63,276 nucleotides of DNA, filler included, from Octopus bimaculoides (GCF_001194135.2; 7 parts of 6 records of this genome joined end to end with filler, not necessarily neighbours in it), one strand, 5' to 3'. Shown: positions 26,560 through 40,847, numbered from the whole stretch's first letter. Notes: generated from the sequence alone by a model not told the origin. Numbers and translations are program-made.

Positions 26560-27249
26560 GTTTCTTTATTAGCCACACAGGGCTCAACACAGAGTGGACA
26601 AAATACAAATGTAGAGTTTTTCTTTTCGAGGGGGTCGAAAACAAAGCAGAAAAAAAAACAAAAGTGGGGACAACGATGAAAAAAAACATCGCAAAACGTT
26701 TGGGGTATTTACAANNNNNNNNNNNNNNNNNNNNNNNNNNNNNNNNNNNNNNNNNNNNTTAATTAATTAANNNNNNNNNNNNNNNNNNNNNNNNNNNNNN
26801 NNNNNNNNNNNNNNGGAAGGGCATCCAGCTGTAGAAACTCTGCCAAATCAGACTGGAGCCTGGTGTTGCCATCCGGTTTCACCAGTCCTCAGTCAAATCG
26901 TCCAACCCATGCTAGCATGGAAAGCGGACGTTAAACGATGATGATGATGATGATGATATATATATACATACATATATATATATGTGTGTGTGTGTGTGTA
27001 TGCCATGGGCTTCCACACAGTTTCTCTCCATCAAATTCACTCACAGGGCATTGGTTGGACCACCCAAGATGCTGCACAGTGGGATCGAACTCAAAACTAA
27101 GTGGCTGCGAAGCAAGTTTCTTATCTACACAGCCAAGCCTCATCAGTTTTTTTTTATATATCAAAGACTACATGACTGAGCATATCCTTCTGTCTTAAAG
27201 CTTGAAAAACATGATTTGAGTGAGTTTAGGCTGCTATTTCTTGCAGATC

Positions 27250-27800
27250 ATGCATCTATAGATGGTAGTTTATAGGGTGATGGTGGTGGTGTTTTGTGGT
27301 AGTAGTGATGTTGTTGGTATGATGGTGGTAGTAGTGGTGTTATGGTAGTAGTGGTGTTGGTGGTAGTAGTAGTAGTGGTGGTGTGATGGTAGTGGTAGTT
27401 GTTGTCTGATGGTAGTGACAGTGATGGTGGTGGTTGTAGTGGTGGTGGTTGAAGTGGTAGTGGTCGTGGAAGTGGTGTGAATAATGGTAGTGGTAATGGT
27501 GGGAGTGGTGGTGTTGGTGATGGTGATGATAGTGATATGATGGTGGCGGTAGTTGTAGTGGTCGTGGCAGTGGTGATGGTGGTAGTGGTGGTGATGGTGG
27601 CATAATTGTAGTGGTTGTAGTAACAATGCTTGTAGTAGTAGTAGTAGTAGTAGTAGTGATGGCAGTGGTAGTGGTACAGTGGTAGAGGTTGTGGTAGTGG
27701 TTCAAGGGTAGAGGTTGTGGCAGAGTGGTAGCAATGCAATAATGGTAACGGTGGTGGTGTGGGGATAATGGTGGTGTTGCTGATGCAGTCATCAGGGTAG
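27250..27800. repeat. Degenerate (GGT/AGT/GAT)n low-complexity tract
   Basis: Directly visible. It gives low-complexity ORFs in all frames. Confidence 0.9.
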
Positions 27801-28687
27801 AAGAGAAACGAGGTCTATGTGTAAAGGAAAAAGAGTGGAAAGGTAGGAATATTGATGCAGAAGTGACTGGGACAGGNNNNNNNNNNNNNNNNNNNNNNNN
27901 NNNNNNNNNNNNNNNNNNNNNNNNNNNNNNNNNNNNNNNNNNNNNNNNNNNNNNNNNNNNNNNNNNNNNNNNNNNNNNNNNNNNNNNNNNNNNNNNNNNN
28001 NNNNNNNNNNNNNNNNNNNNNNNNNNNNNNNNNNNNNNNNNNNNNNNNNNNNNNNNNNNNNNNNNNNNNNNNNNNNNNNNNNNNNNNNNNNNNNNNNNNN
28101 NNNNNNNNNNNNNNNNNNNNNNNNNNNNNNNNNNNNNNNNNNNNNNNNNNNNNNNNNNNNNNNNNNNNNNNNNNNNNNNNNNNNNNNNNNNNNNNNNNNN
28201 NNNNNNNNNNNNNNNNNNNNNNNNNNNNNNNNNNNNNNNNNNNNNNNNNNNNNNNNNNNNNNNNNNNNNNNNNNNNNNNNNNNNNNNNNNNNNNNNNNNN
28301 NNNNNNNNNNNNNNNNNNNNNNNNNNNNNNNNNNNNNNNNNNNNNNNNNNNNNNNNNNNNNNNNNNNNNNNNNNNNNNNNNNNNNNNNNNNNNNNNNNNN
28401 NNNNNNNNNNNNNNNNNNNNNNNNNNNNNNNNNNNNNNNNNNNNNNNNNNNNNNNNNNNNNNNNNNNNNNNNNNNNNNNNNNNNNNNNNNNNNNNNNNNN
28501 NNNNNNNNNNNNNNNNNNNNNNNNNNNNNNGTGGTGGTAGTGTTGGTGGTGGTGGTGGAGTGTGTGTACCACATACAGACTCTCCCTCCCTCCCTCTCTC
28601 TCTCTCTCTCTCTCATTCTCTCTATTGACAATGGAACAGATAGGCTTTTGTAAAAAATCAATCACAGACTGACAGGCAAACAGACAG

Positions 28688-28721
<34 letters not shown>

Positions 28722-29554
28722 TTACAGACACACAGCCATAACACATACACACACATATACACACACAGCCATACACAAACATACATACCATATACACATA
28801 TATACACACATATACTTGTACACCCCCTCAAACACACATAGAATGTGAAAGAGAGAGAGAGAAAAAGAGAGACTAAAAGACAGAATGACAAACACACACA
28901 TGCTCATACATACACATACACAAACAAACAAGTACACACACATACTCAGTGCACATGCATAGATGCATACATATACAAATACACATGCTCATACACACAC
29001 ACACAGACACACTCACACAATCAGAATAAAAGAGACTAAACAGACTTACAGACAGAAAGACAGGCAGACAGTCAGAGATAACAGACAGACAGATATTCAA
29101 TGTGACAGATTGAAGAGAGACAAACAGACAGACAATCAAAAAAGAGAGGAAGAGAGAGAGAAAATGATGGCATGAAAGGCATACAGAGGCAGAAAACCAA
29201 TAGACAAATAAGCCGACAGATATACAAACAGACAGACTGGCATTTAGTTAGAATAGGGGTTCACATATGTAATGCAATGGATTGAAAGACTTTGATCCAT
29301 AGGGATTATCTAAACAATTAGTAACCTAAAACTCCCTAAAGAGATATTCAAAAATTTCAAAAGAACAAGCAAGGGGCATAACACCAATGAAATCACGATC
29401 CAAATTGGCATGTTTCTGCCTTATTAGAACTCCTCTGCAAAGTAAATTCTACTTCTTTTGGGAAGACTAAGAGAGATCAATGTTTATTTATGTTTTATTT
29501 CCAGTCACTGGATTGTGGCCATGCTGGGGCACCACTTTGTAGGGTTTAGTACAT

Positions 29555-29885
29555 ATTGTGGTAAGTAGCTTGCTTACCAACCACATGGTTCCAGGTTCAG
29601 CCCCACTGCGTAGCACCTTGGGCAAGTGTCTTCTACCAAAGCCTTGTGAGTGGATTTGGTAGATGGAAACTGAAAGAAACCCATTATATATATATATATA
29701 TTTATTTATGTGTGTGTGTGTGTGTGTGTTTGTGTGTCTGTGTTTGTCTCCCCACCATCACTTGACAACCAATGCTGGTGTGTTTACGTCCCCGTAACTT
29801 AGCAGTTCGGCAAAAGAGAACCGATAGAATAAGTACTAGGCTTACAAAGAATAAGTCCTGGGGTTGAAACAAATAAAAATATAAA
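29555..29885 (+). mobile_element. SINE family B (gtggtaagtagcttgcttacc head, internal TA/TG microsatellite, gactgaaacaagtaaaagag tail)
   Basis: Most complete copy. Partial copies at about 3815-3990 (+), 5690-5905 (-), 9447-9600 (+), 26990-27140 (-), 29985-30150 (-), 31605-31738 (-), 33396-33622 (+) and 49295-49450 (-). Confidence 0.85.
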
Positions 29886-29890
29886 AGAAC

Positions 29891-29949
<59 letters not shown>

Positions 29950-30509
29950 TTTTACAAGATTCCTGATGTGAAATCGTGTGTTGAAATACACAAACAGGCT
30001 TCCACATAGTTTCCATCTACCAAATTCATTCACAAGGCATTGGTCAAACCTGGGCTATAATATTAGACACTTGCCCAACATGCCATGAGGTGGGACTGAA
30101 CCTAAAACCATATGGTTGCAAAGTGAGCTTTTTAACCATTCAGCTGTACCTAATTATAAGTATTATGAACCTGTGTAGGACCGGTTCTGTTCCAATCTCC
30201 ATTGTCTATATTATTCAAACATTTCCAACTAGTCATACTTTGATTACCTCCCTTAATTGCTATTTTCTTAGATTGCAAAATACCCCTAGAGGAAGTTTTC
30301 GTCTGTTAATTGTTTAGATAATCTCCATTGATCGAAATTCAGCTCACTTCATTACAAATATGAGACCCTCCCTCGTATGTATTTGCATACAGAACGCTCC
30401 CCACGAGGTATTTTTTTCTCCCCTCAGCCATATTGTTGGCACACAGAGTAAAACACAGACAAACAGACAAAAGACAGACAGACACGGGTCAGAAAAAAAG
30501 AGAAGAAAA

Positions 30510-30544
<35 letters not shown>

Positions 30545-30993
30545 AGAAGAGAGAAAGAGGGAGGGTTAGAGAAAGTAGGAAAGAGAGACAAAGAAAGAGA
30601 GAGTTATGGTTGGTGACACACAAACACTTAGGTAGACGTAAATCAGTGTACTAGTTAGGTACATTCCTGCCGATAGGAAGGGAGGGTGTGGTACCAGATT
30701 TCAGGCTGGAACCACAAGACTTAGCATGGCTGTCACCCACCCATCCACCCACCCACTCACTCACCCTCTTTAGCTGTACTGTACCACCCTCACTGGTACT
30801 CTACACCACACCACACCAGTATCAGCAGACATACATACATACAAACACACACAAATTTCACTTATGCATGCACACACACACACACACACACACNNNNNNN
30901 NNNNNNNNNNNNNNNNNNNNNNNNNNNNNNNNNNNNNTTAATTAATTAANNNNNNNNNNNNNNNNNNNNNNNNNNNNNNNNNNNNNNNNNNNN

Positions 30994-31479
30994 AGAAGCG
31001 GAGTGAAGAGAGGGAAGGGGAGAATGGGAGGAGGAGGTGGAGAGGAAGGTGGAAGGGTTGTGGAGCGGGAGGTGGTGGTGAGTGAAATGTGTAATTTTTA
31101 AAGAAGTTTTTCCTTCCGTTACTTAGCCCGTCTGTAACGAATTTATGTGATTAGTTGAAGAAAAAGGCGAAGAGTGAGAGAAAAAGGTGGGGGAGGGTGA
31201 CGAAACAGGAAGCAGAAAAAGAGAGTAAGGCAAAGAGTGAGAGAGAAAGAGGGAGAGTGCTGTGTATTAAGTCTATAAAATTGTGCATAAACTATATAAA
31301 GTGAATTTAGTAATCATTGTATTCCAATTTCCTTCACTTTTCAATGAATAGTAGATGAGCGACTATCTTTTGATACAGACACAACACAAGCTAAACTTAC
31401 CAATTTTTTAGATAAAGTTTTCAGAAATAACCCAGTGCGTTTTCTATTAATTCCGTGAAATATTCACGGGTCTCGCAAG
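30994..31479 (+). mobile_element. Non-autonomous Helitron-like element, 3' end
   Basis: Hairpin CCGTGAA-ata-TTCACGG (31453-69) about 10 nt before a CTAG-like end (CAAG|T). Homologous to 46530-46760. Confidence 0.55.
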
Positions 31480-32198
31480 TATATATAAATGTATAATGGT
31501 TCAATGCACAAAAAACAGAGACAGGTGAGGGAACAACAAACAAAGTGTATTAGTTTGACGCTCTGAAAACATGGAAGGGTCTTTGACGTTTCGAGCCTCT
31601 ATCTACCAAATCCACTCACAAACGCCTTGGTCAACCCGAAGGTATTGTAGAAGACACTTGCTCAAGGGACCACGCAGTGGCACTGAATCTGAAACCACGC
31701 GGTTGGGAAGTAAACTTCTTACCACACAGCCACGCCTAAACATATGTATTTATCTAATTGAATCTTGCTATAAACATGAGTTTAAAATTAAATATGTACG
31801 GATTAAAGTGCGCGCTGCGAGTTGCTTTCCAAGTAGTAAATTAATTTTGTATTGAATGTTATCTAATACGTCTTAAGTATTGTTAATTTTGAGACAATGT
31901 TTATTTATTGAATTTCGAAAACCAGTCTTACGTGAGAGAATTTTAAAAACTAATGAATTTATTTGGAATCATCTAAAACAGCATATTTTAGATTTTCAAG
32001 TACACTCGATCGTGGGAAAACTTTTCCTGTGGAATTAATCTCGAGAGAAATATTCTTCTTCATGTACACACGGTGGTCTATTAATGATGGCAATGGATTT
32101 CAGAAGTATGTTTGAACGTGCGAAATATGGCTTTACCCGGCTATATATTTTATTCAATGCTTCTTCGTGCAGCATTGGTGAATTGATTTAATTCTAGT

Positions 32199-32745
32199 TT
32201 GAACATGACAGTGCAGCTCAGTACACACTCTGATCAATATGTTGCACATACAACCTTCTTCACAAAAAGAATTGGGGAAACACAAACCACCACAAGAATG
32301 CTGAAGTTACCATTCTTTGGCATATCAGTATTCAAACTGATCGGGAAATTCAGATTAACCGACCAGATATCATTGGGAATGGTTATGTTGAAGAGGCTTG
32401 TCTTTTGATGGTTAGTTTAGCCTCAGCTGACAAAAACATATCTACGAAAACCTGAGAATTTACAACAAATATAAGCTGAAACAGAAGGACTGATTCTCGC
32501 TGCACAAGACCAATTATAAAAGCAAAATAATGAAAACAGTGCTTAACAAGAACAGTAGAATGTGCAGCCAGCATAATGAGACAGTTGTCCACATGATGCC
32601 TGGCTGCCCAGTCCTTGCCAAATCTGTATATATATATACAGATATGACCGAGTAAGGAGTTATATCCACTGGACAATAAGCCAAAATTACAACATCAAAA
32701 CTGACAACAGGTGGTATAAGCACGTGCCAAACAAGGTATTATTAA
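32199..32745 (+). mobile_element. R4/Dong-like LINE fragments: REL endonuclease and CCHC knuckle
   Basis: 32199-32470 reads HDSAAQY..., TILWHISIQTDREIQINRPDII..CLL...DKNISTK (PD..D nuclease-like). 32471-32745 reads AETEGLILAAQDQL, RMCSQHNETVVHMMPGCPVLAKS and WYKHVPNKV. Both are frameshifted. Confidence 0.8.
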
Positions 32746-32886
32746 ACCGTAAGATACTCAAAAAATTACTCATCCAATAAACGAAATGTCAGCAAAAAAT
32801 GGATTGACTATCGTGTCCTACATTGCTGGATCTTAAAGGCACTAAATATATACAATATATTTCCTTTCGCAAAACGTTTTCTACAG

Positions 32887-32985
32887 CAGTGCTTCTCAAA
32901 CTCTCTGCTGTGGCATACCGGCAGGTTTGTTTTTCCAATGTGCCGGGGATCGGTAATATTTCTGAGTATTATTAATTTATACCGA
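32887..32985 (+). mobile_element. hAT-like terminal fragment
   Basis: Begins CAGTGCTTCTCAAACT, a Charlie/MER-like end. The partner end is not visible (gap follows). Confidence 0.45.
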
Positions 32986-32986
32986 A

Positions 32987-33033
<47 letters not shown>

Positions 33034-33629
33034 NNNNNNNNNNNNNNNNNNNNNNNNNNNNNNNNNNNNNNNNNNNNNNNNNNNNNNNNNNNNNNNNNNN
33101 NNNNNNNNNNNNNNNNNNNNNNNNNNNNNNNNNNNNNNNNNNNNNNNNNNNNNNNNNNNNNNNNNNNNNNNNNNNNNNNNNNNNNNNNNNNNNNNNNNNN
33201 NNNNNNNNNNNNNNNNNNNNNNNNNNNNNNNNNNNNNNNNNNNNNNNNNNNNNNNNNNNNNNNNNNNNNNNNNNNNNNNNNNNNNNNNNNNNNNNNNNNN
33301 NNNNNNNNNNNNNNNNNNNNNNNNNNNNNNNNNNNNNNNNNNNNNNNNNNNNNNNNNNNNNNNNNNNNNNNNNNNNNNNNNNNNNNNNNNNNNNNGTGTA
33401 TATGTTTGTGTGCCTGTGCTTGTCCCCCCAACATCGCTTGACAACCGATGCTAGTGTGTTTATGTCCCCGTAACTTAGCGGTTCGGCAAAAGAGACCGAT
33501 AGAATAAGTACTAGGCTTCCAAAGAATAAGTCTTGGGGTCGATTTGCTCGACTAAAGGCGGTGCTCCAGCATGGCCGCAGTCAAATGACTGAAACAAGTA
33601 AAAGAGTAAAGAGTAAAAAGAGTATATAT

Positions 33630-33662
<33 letters not shown>

Positions 33663-33869
33663 GAATGAATATATTAAAAGTTGACAATTTTTAAAAATCT
33701 TGTATTTATTTTGTAAACAAATAATACCATATCAGATAAGCCGATAAGTTGTTTACTGCAGTGCATAAGGGGAAATTACTGAAATTATGCCATTGTTTCT
33801 TTCTTTTCTGGAAACTCGCGGCGTACCGGTAGCTGATGGCTTGCGGACCACTACTTTGAGTAGCACTGT

Positions 33870-35260
33870 TCAACAGCACAATATGGGACTGTGGAAGACA
33901 AAATTGTTTCTCAACCACGAGTAAGGCTCGTATGTGTCAGAGGACGCCAAAATAGATCGTGGAATATTCCTGGGCAATTCGCTCTCCCCTCTCCTCTTCT
34001 CTCTTTCTCTCATTTCCTTGTCGCACGAGCTGAATAAATCAAATTACGGTTACAAAATGTTTGACAAAATCATCTCACACTTGCTCTACATGGATGATCT
34101 GAAATCATATGCAAAAGATGACAAGGATCTGAAACAGCTGCTAGTAATTGTGAAAAAAACCCAATGATGACATCAATATAGACTTGACAAATGTGCAAAA
34201 GCTTCGTTCAGACGTAGTAAAATGATAGTTAATACCAAGACCAAACATGAACATGATACATCTATCGAATGCCTGGATTAAGAAGGGAAACGAATTCAAC
34301 ATGGATCAATGAAAGAGAAGATCAGGAAAGAGTATTACAGATATGTCAGAACGGTCCTGAATACTGAGCTGAACTCTCAGTATAGAATTGAAGTTATAAA
34401 CTCCCAGGCGGCACAAGTTGTCCAATATAGCCTTAATGTCATCAACTGTAATTTTAGTGAACTCCAGCTTATGGACATAAAGACCAGGGAAAGGCTGACT
34501 CTAAACATGATGTACCACTGAAAATCAGACATCCACAGGCTCTATCTCCCACGAAAGGAAGGCAATAGAGGCCTAATCCAACTTGAAACGGCCTATATAA
34601 CGACTACGATAGGACTCGAAGTTAATTTTGAACTGTTAATCGGAAGAAGGGGGAATGATGAAAACGAAAAACAAAGAAGAAGAAGAAGAAGTGAATGAGG
34701 AGGAAAAATAACTGAAGAAATAAACATGAATTTAATATATATAATTTCACCCAAAAATCAACTTGTTGAAGTGCAATAACAGCCTCCCCCCACCACCTCT
34801 ACCATCACGAACCACAATGTTAAACAATGGACAATGGGAACATACACGAAACTCTATTAGCAGACTGTATACACGAAAGAATAGAAATAAACAGAAGAGT
34901 TGTTATTATAAGAAAGTATATTTAGCAATTATAAAACTAGAGAAGTGTGTAAGAAAACGTGAAGAGACGATTGTAAATGTACAAGTAGGAAAATCAATAG
35001 TGAGAAACATAGACGACGAAAAAGTTTAGAAACAGTAAATAAATACAGAACGGAAGAGAATTCTAAACATTGGAGAGATAAAAAAAAATAGAGAGATAGA
35101 GGGTGGGGGCAGAACGTGGATAGTTTGTCAGGTAAACAGAGAGCAGCGTTGGAAAAAGAACAATGAACTTGGCCGAAAAATATTGCGGGAAGACTAAAAT
35201 GAGAAACAGAAGAAGATGTACAACAAACCTTTATAAAGCAAATACAGACGGAAAGCAATA
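33870..35260 (+). mobile_element. R4/Dong-like LINE remnant: reverse transcriptase and post-RT region
   Basis: Motifs: RGIFLGNSLSPLLF, ISHLLYMDDLK, KEKIRKEYYRYVRTVLNTELNS, RLYLPRKEGNRGLIQLE and GRLK*ETE. Many stops and frameshifts. Confidence 0.85.
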
Positions 35261-35274
35261 AGTGTTGTTGCTAA

Positions 35275-35490
35275 GGTGGCGTGCTGGCAGAATCGTTAGC
35301 ACGCCGGGCGAAATGCTTAGCAGTATTTCGTCTGCCGTTACGTTCTGAGTTCAAATTCCGCCGAGGTCGACTTTGCCTTTCATCCTTTCAGGGTTGATGA
35401 ATTAATTACCAGTTGCGTACTGGGGTAGATCTAATTGACTGGTCCCCTCCCCACAAAATTTCGGGCCTTGTGCCTCGTGTAGAAAAGAAT
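35275..35490 (+). mobile_element. SINE family A copy
   Basis: ggtggcgtgctggcagaatcgttagcacgccgggcgaaatgc...gagttcaaattcc...gtagaaaagaat. Confidence 0.85.
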
Positions 35491-36188
35491 AAGTGTTGTT
35501 GTTGCTGTTGTTGTTGTTGTTGTTGGTATTATTTCTGTTTAGTTCTAGGTCAAAATTGATCTGGAAGACATGATCGGTAGATGTAGCACTGTATGATTAA
35601 GAAGTTTGTATCGGTTTTCAGCCATATGGTTCCGAGTTCGATTGTAATTCGCTGCACTTTTGTGAAATATTCTTGTCGGGTTTGTCGCCTCGTTGTGAAC
35701 CATCGATGACGGAAACTTCGACACAACAGACAGAGTGCATAACACTAATTATATAGCAATCTGTGTTTCATACATAATGTAAATACATAATTGAAAGCCA
35801 AATTAACTGAGGTATTCGTCCAGAGATAATATCTCTCATGGTTGTACTGTGCCTTTCGTGATGTATTTGCATTAAGTGTGACACACAGGTTGCTATTTTT
35901 ATCTAACACTGCTTCAACTGCACTTAGAGACTATTTGTCTTTTTTTTCTTCTTGTCATTAGACGGTAGTGTGTCGATATTTAAGACACATTTGGCCATTG
36001 CGGGATCTGTCAGAGACAGGTTAAAAATTGTTCAACATAAGCCCCCGAACCAGTAATTTACGAGCATAAAGCAAATGCTCATAGAGTGGTTCGTTTCCTT
36101 GAGCACATCACGGGCAGATCTAGAACTCCCAGATCGGGGAATTGTGCAATTTGTTTATAATCCTAAAGCTCAAAGTCTTGCCGAAAGA

Positions 36189-36280
<92 letters not shown>

Positions 36281-36765
36281 ATATATATATATATACACAC
36301 ACACACACGCACACCCACACACGCACGCACACACACACACACACACACTAATACACACATTTATATATTGTACGATACAAATAAGAACGTTTCGAACGTT
36401 CGAAAATATATCATCTTCTTATTTGTATTGTAAAATACACATTTCGACGCTCCTTATAAAAACATATATTCATGTGTGCGCGTGCTCGCGCTCGCGCGCG
36501 CGTGTGTGTTTGTGCGCGTGTGTGTGCGTGCGTGTGTATGTATTGTAGTAGGCACGCGAAAGCAGTGTCCCGAATATACAAACATTTCGATCAGTTTAAT
36601 GACCCGTAGGTGTGTTTTTCAACAATTATTGCCCCAAGGGATAAATCCTATCATCAACAGCAGAGAACAGTAAATGCGGACTTTGTACAGGTCAAACATA
36701 TCGCAAATACATTTGAGCTGATCGAAATGTCTCGCTCTCTCTCACTCTTTCTCTTTTTCTCTTAG

Positions 36766-36812
<47 letters not shown>

Positions 36813-36846
36813 TATCTGTCTGTCTGTCTGTCTATCAATTTATCTA

Positions 36847-36878
<32 letters not shown>

Positions 36879-37935
36879 NNNNNNNNNNNNNNNNNNNNNN
36901 NNNNNNNNNNNNNNNNNNNNNNNNNNNNNNNNNNNNNNNNNNNNNNNNNNNNNNNNNNNNNNNNNNNNNNNNNNNNNNNNNNNNNNNNNNNNNNNNNNNN
37001 NNNNNNNNNNNNNNNNNNNNNNNNNNNNNNNNNNNNNNNNNNNNNNNNNNNNNNNNNNNNNNNNNNNNNNNNNNNNNNNNNNNNNNNNNNNNNNNNNNNN
37101 NNNNNNNNNNNNNNNNNNNNNNNNNNNNNNNNNNNNNNNNNNNNNNNNNNNNNNNNNNNNNNTATATATATATATATATATATATATCTATATATATATA
37201 TATATATATGTAATATGCATATGTATATATGTGTGTCTGTATGCATACATACATACATACATATGTGTGTATTTGTGTGTGCACGTGTGCAATTGTATTG
37301 TTCGATTTAAATTGAATGACATTAAACCAGTATTTAGGTCTCCATGCCCATTCTTATACACCAAGATAACTACGAAGAGAACTCATGTTCTATAGAGTAA
37401 ATCTCAAAGTTCCTGTTACTAGTCTCCCTATTCAGAAAGATCCCTGACTATACAAAGAAAAGGATAAAAGTGGAAACTAAGTTCGTAATGTTAGTTAATA
37501 ACGTCAGCATAAACCTCTGACGAAGTAAAGTCCTAGAAAACAAATCTTACCCGGATTGCATAATGCGGCTATTAGTTTCATTGAAAAACGTATAAGATGT
37601 GGTAATTAAATAGTTAAATAATTTAGTTGTATATATATGGTAGCTGTCGATTTGTAAATGAGTATGGCCATCACTAACAAATTATCTTATTCTAAATGTT
37701 AAGGGCAATAGTTGTGCTTAAAAGGCAATGCCCGTGCTTAAATTACGATAACAGCTTGCGCAACACCCACTAAGATTCTCGCCTTCAAAGTAGTTCAGAA
37801 ACAGATAAGACAATATGTCCGGCTTCACAATGCGGCGGCTGTTATTTAGAAATTGCCTTCCCCTAGACGGGTGTCTGAACAAAGGCTCTTCTTCGCAGTT
37901 GTTGGATGGCCATCAATTCTACTGAATTCATGTTG

Positions 37936-37999
<64 letters not shown>

Positions 38000-39309
38000 C
38001 ACACATACACATGTACATACATATATACATACATACATACATACATATATATNNNNNNNNNNNNNNNNNNNNNNNNNNNNNNNNNNNNNNNNNNNNNNNN
38101 NNNNNNNNNNNNNNNNNNNNNNNNNNNNNNNNNNNNNNNNNNNNNNNNNNNNNNNNNNNNNNNNNNNNNNNNNNNNNNNNNNNNNNNNNNNNNNNNNNNN
38201 NNNNNNNNNNNNNNNNNNNNNNNNNNNNNNNNNNNNNNNNNNNNNNNNNNNNNNNNNNNNNNNNNNNNNNNNNNNNNNNNNNNNNNNNNNNNNNNNNNNN
38301 NNNNNNNNNNNNNNNNNNNNNNNNNNNNNNNNNNNNNNNNNNNNNNNNNNNNNNNNNNNNNNNNNNNNNNNNNNNNNNNNNNNNNNNNNNNNNNNNNNNN
38401 NNNNNNNNATATAATATTCAGAACGCTTTTGCAGCCTGTTTCTTTCGTTGCTTAGCAACTTAATTCTTATTAATATAGTGTTTTCGAATACTGCGTTTTT
38501 ACATTTTTACATTCTCTCAGACAGGGAAAAAATACATCTATTCTCATTCATCACTGATGCGGGATAAAATGGTACGCTAATTCTAAACCGCGTCACGCTT
38601 ATCATGGATTAATATGAGATAATACGCGTTGGCGATCAGCCAAAGCTTTTCTACTTTCACCACAAATGCGCGTTCCAGCGACCATTCACAATGCTGAATA
38701 GAACTTGGGGGGGGGGGTCTCAGTAGGAAACCTATACTTAGCAAATGTTTTGATATTCATTTATCACTGATTCATTTAACACAATGTTTTCTTTTTAAAA
38801 AGACCACAATAAACGTGAAAAGATGTATTACAAAAACGTGCAACGATGTATTACGAAAACGTGAAAAGTTGTATTCCGCTTCTTGCCTGAAAAAACAATA
38901 TATTTTTTAAATTGGGCTGTCAGGTTAGGGTAGAAAATATTCAGATATGAAACCTGAGTTTAGCGATTTCCTCTTGAGTTTGGCAAGAGAAAATGCAAGT
39001 TGATATCTACAGTGCTTTAGAACACTAGCATAGAATCTGTCAGGGCCAACTCCTGCACCGAGTTTTTTTTTTTTTACTTATTTATTAATTGCTGCAATAA
39101 TTGTCTGCAATGCCAAAAGTTATATCAAGAAGGATATGTTGAGGATTTACTTCATCTTTACTATCTAAATCGACTAGATCAGCATCATTGAAGACAGAGC
39201 AGTATTACTTCTGTAGAATCTCCACCATCTCTTTGGCATCATTGAAAGTTTATTGTGTTGATTGATCAGTGGGTCAATGGATGAAGAAGTAGCCCTATGC
39301 ATTTTTCGG

Positions 39310-39775
39310 CAAATGAATACAAGAGGCTTAAACTGTGTTTCCTGTGTGCAATGTCCCTATTATTGTATGGGGCTGAGACATGGCGAACAACAGTTAAGTC
39401 AAATAAGCAAATGCAATCATTTATTGCTTGCGTAGTATACTTAAAATTAGATGACCCGAACACATAAGCAATATGGAGCTATGACAAAGAACGAATCAAG
39501 TTTCGATTAGGGAGCAAATATTTAAGAGAAAGTGGAAGTGGATTGGTAGCACAATTAGAGAAGACACACCAAATGTAGCGAAAAGTGCTTTACAGTGGAA
39601 TCTGGATGGATATAGAAAGAAAGGTAGGCCTAAGAACTCGTGGCGTAGATCAACACAAAAGGAACTAGAGAAAGGGGGACATTCATGGCAGAGTATAAGT
39701 ACAGAAGCGAAAAATTATGCGACATGGAATTCAATTATAAGTGGCCTATACTCCGCGTTGGAGGGTTAAAGCCAA
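39310..39775 (+). mobile_element. RTE-clade LINE 3' remnant
   Basis: Motifs: LLYGAETWRTT, KWKWIGSTIR, ALQWNLDGYRKKGRPKNSWRRS, ending YSALEG*. Confidence 0.8.
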
Positions 39776-40526
39776 GAAAAATGCCCCTGTTCCATTTATC
39801 GGCCCCTTGGTTAGTAATTAGAGATCATATATAGTTCTGAGAATGCTTTTTCTGATTCCAGTGTTGATCTGATCAACAGAACAGCCTGTTCGTGAAATTA
39901 ACGTGCAAGTGGCTGAGCACTCCACAGACACGTGTACCCTTAACGTAGTTCTCAGGGAGATTCAGCGTGAGTGTGACAAGGCTGGCCCATTGAAATACAG
40001 GTACAACTCAATTTTGCCAGCTGAGTGGACCGAAGCAACGTGAGATAATACGCATTGCATGCCGTCGCAAATTGAACTCACGACCTTGCGAGCATGACCC
40101 GAATTCTTTAACCCATAAGCCACACGCCTTCACTTTGCCAGATGCTACATGGCTAAAAATGGCTTTTCTTGGCTAAAGAAAGCGTTGGTGTCTATATCAC
40201 AATAGCTGTAGTTGCATTGTCGGATGTCGTCAGATTGTTATTTTTGTTCTCTGCAAATGTTTGCTTCTTTCCTTACTTTTGTGAAGGACACAGACCAGTA
40301 TTTCTGAAGTAAAGAATAGTGGTTCTATTGCGGTTACGCTTTGTATTATTAGGCTAGAGAATAGGTTTGGCAAGGTTAAATTTGTCTGGGTGAAAAAAAC
40401 AAAAAAAGAATAGTGGTGTCATTTTTGTGAGATGTATTTACGCTGGTTAGTTCTTGAGAGGTGAGTGGAGGTACAGTTGCGTGACAGGTATATTCTCTCG
40501 CGAAGACGAGGGAGAGGGAAAGAGAA

Positions 40527-40581
<55 letters not shown>

Positions 40582-40847
40582 CATTAGTAGATATATAAGT
40601 CTGCTTGCACATAACTGTACGTTAGTCATGGCCTGGCCCGATAATGGCCAAAACCAATATACGTTATCTAAGTTCTATATATATATATTCTATACGGAAC
40701 AAATAATTCATGAAAAATTAATTTTAATCCTTTAGCTGCATATATATNNNNNNNNNNNNNNNNNNNNNNNNNNNNNNNNNNNNNNNNNNNNTTAATTAAT
40801 TAANNNNNNNNNNNNNNNNNNNNNNNNNNNNNNNNNNNNNNNNNNNN

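Noticed and set aside
27248-27739. Mucin- or His-rich ORFs in the GGT/AGT tract (also 62006-63030)
   Set aside because: Open in several frames with no consistent codon structure or splice sites, unlike the true Thr-rich exon at 17240.
36470-36540. CG-rich alternating purine-pyrimidine tract (Z-DNA prone)
   Set aside because: It is a variant of the ubiquitous (TG)n microsatellites, with nothing to indicate function.
37800-37865. ICPASQCGGCY as the missing WSC2 C-half
   Set aside because: It lacks the CxC and correct Cys spacing, has no good acceptor in phase 0, and ends in a stop.
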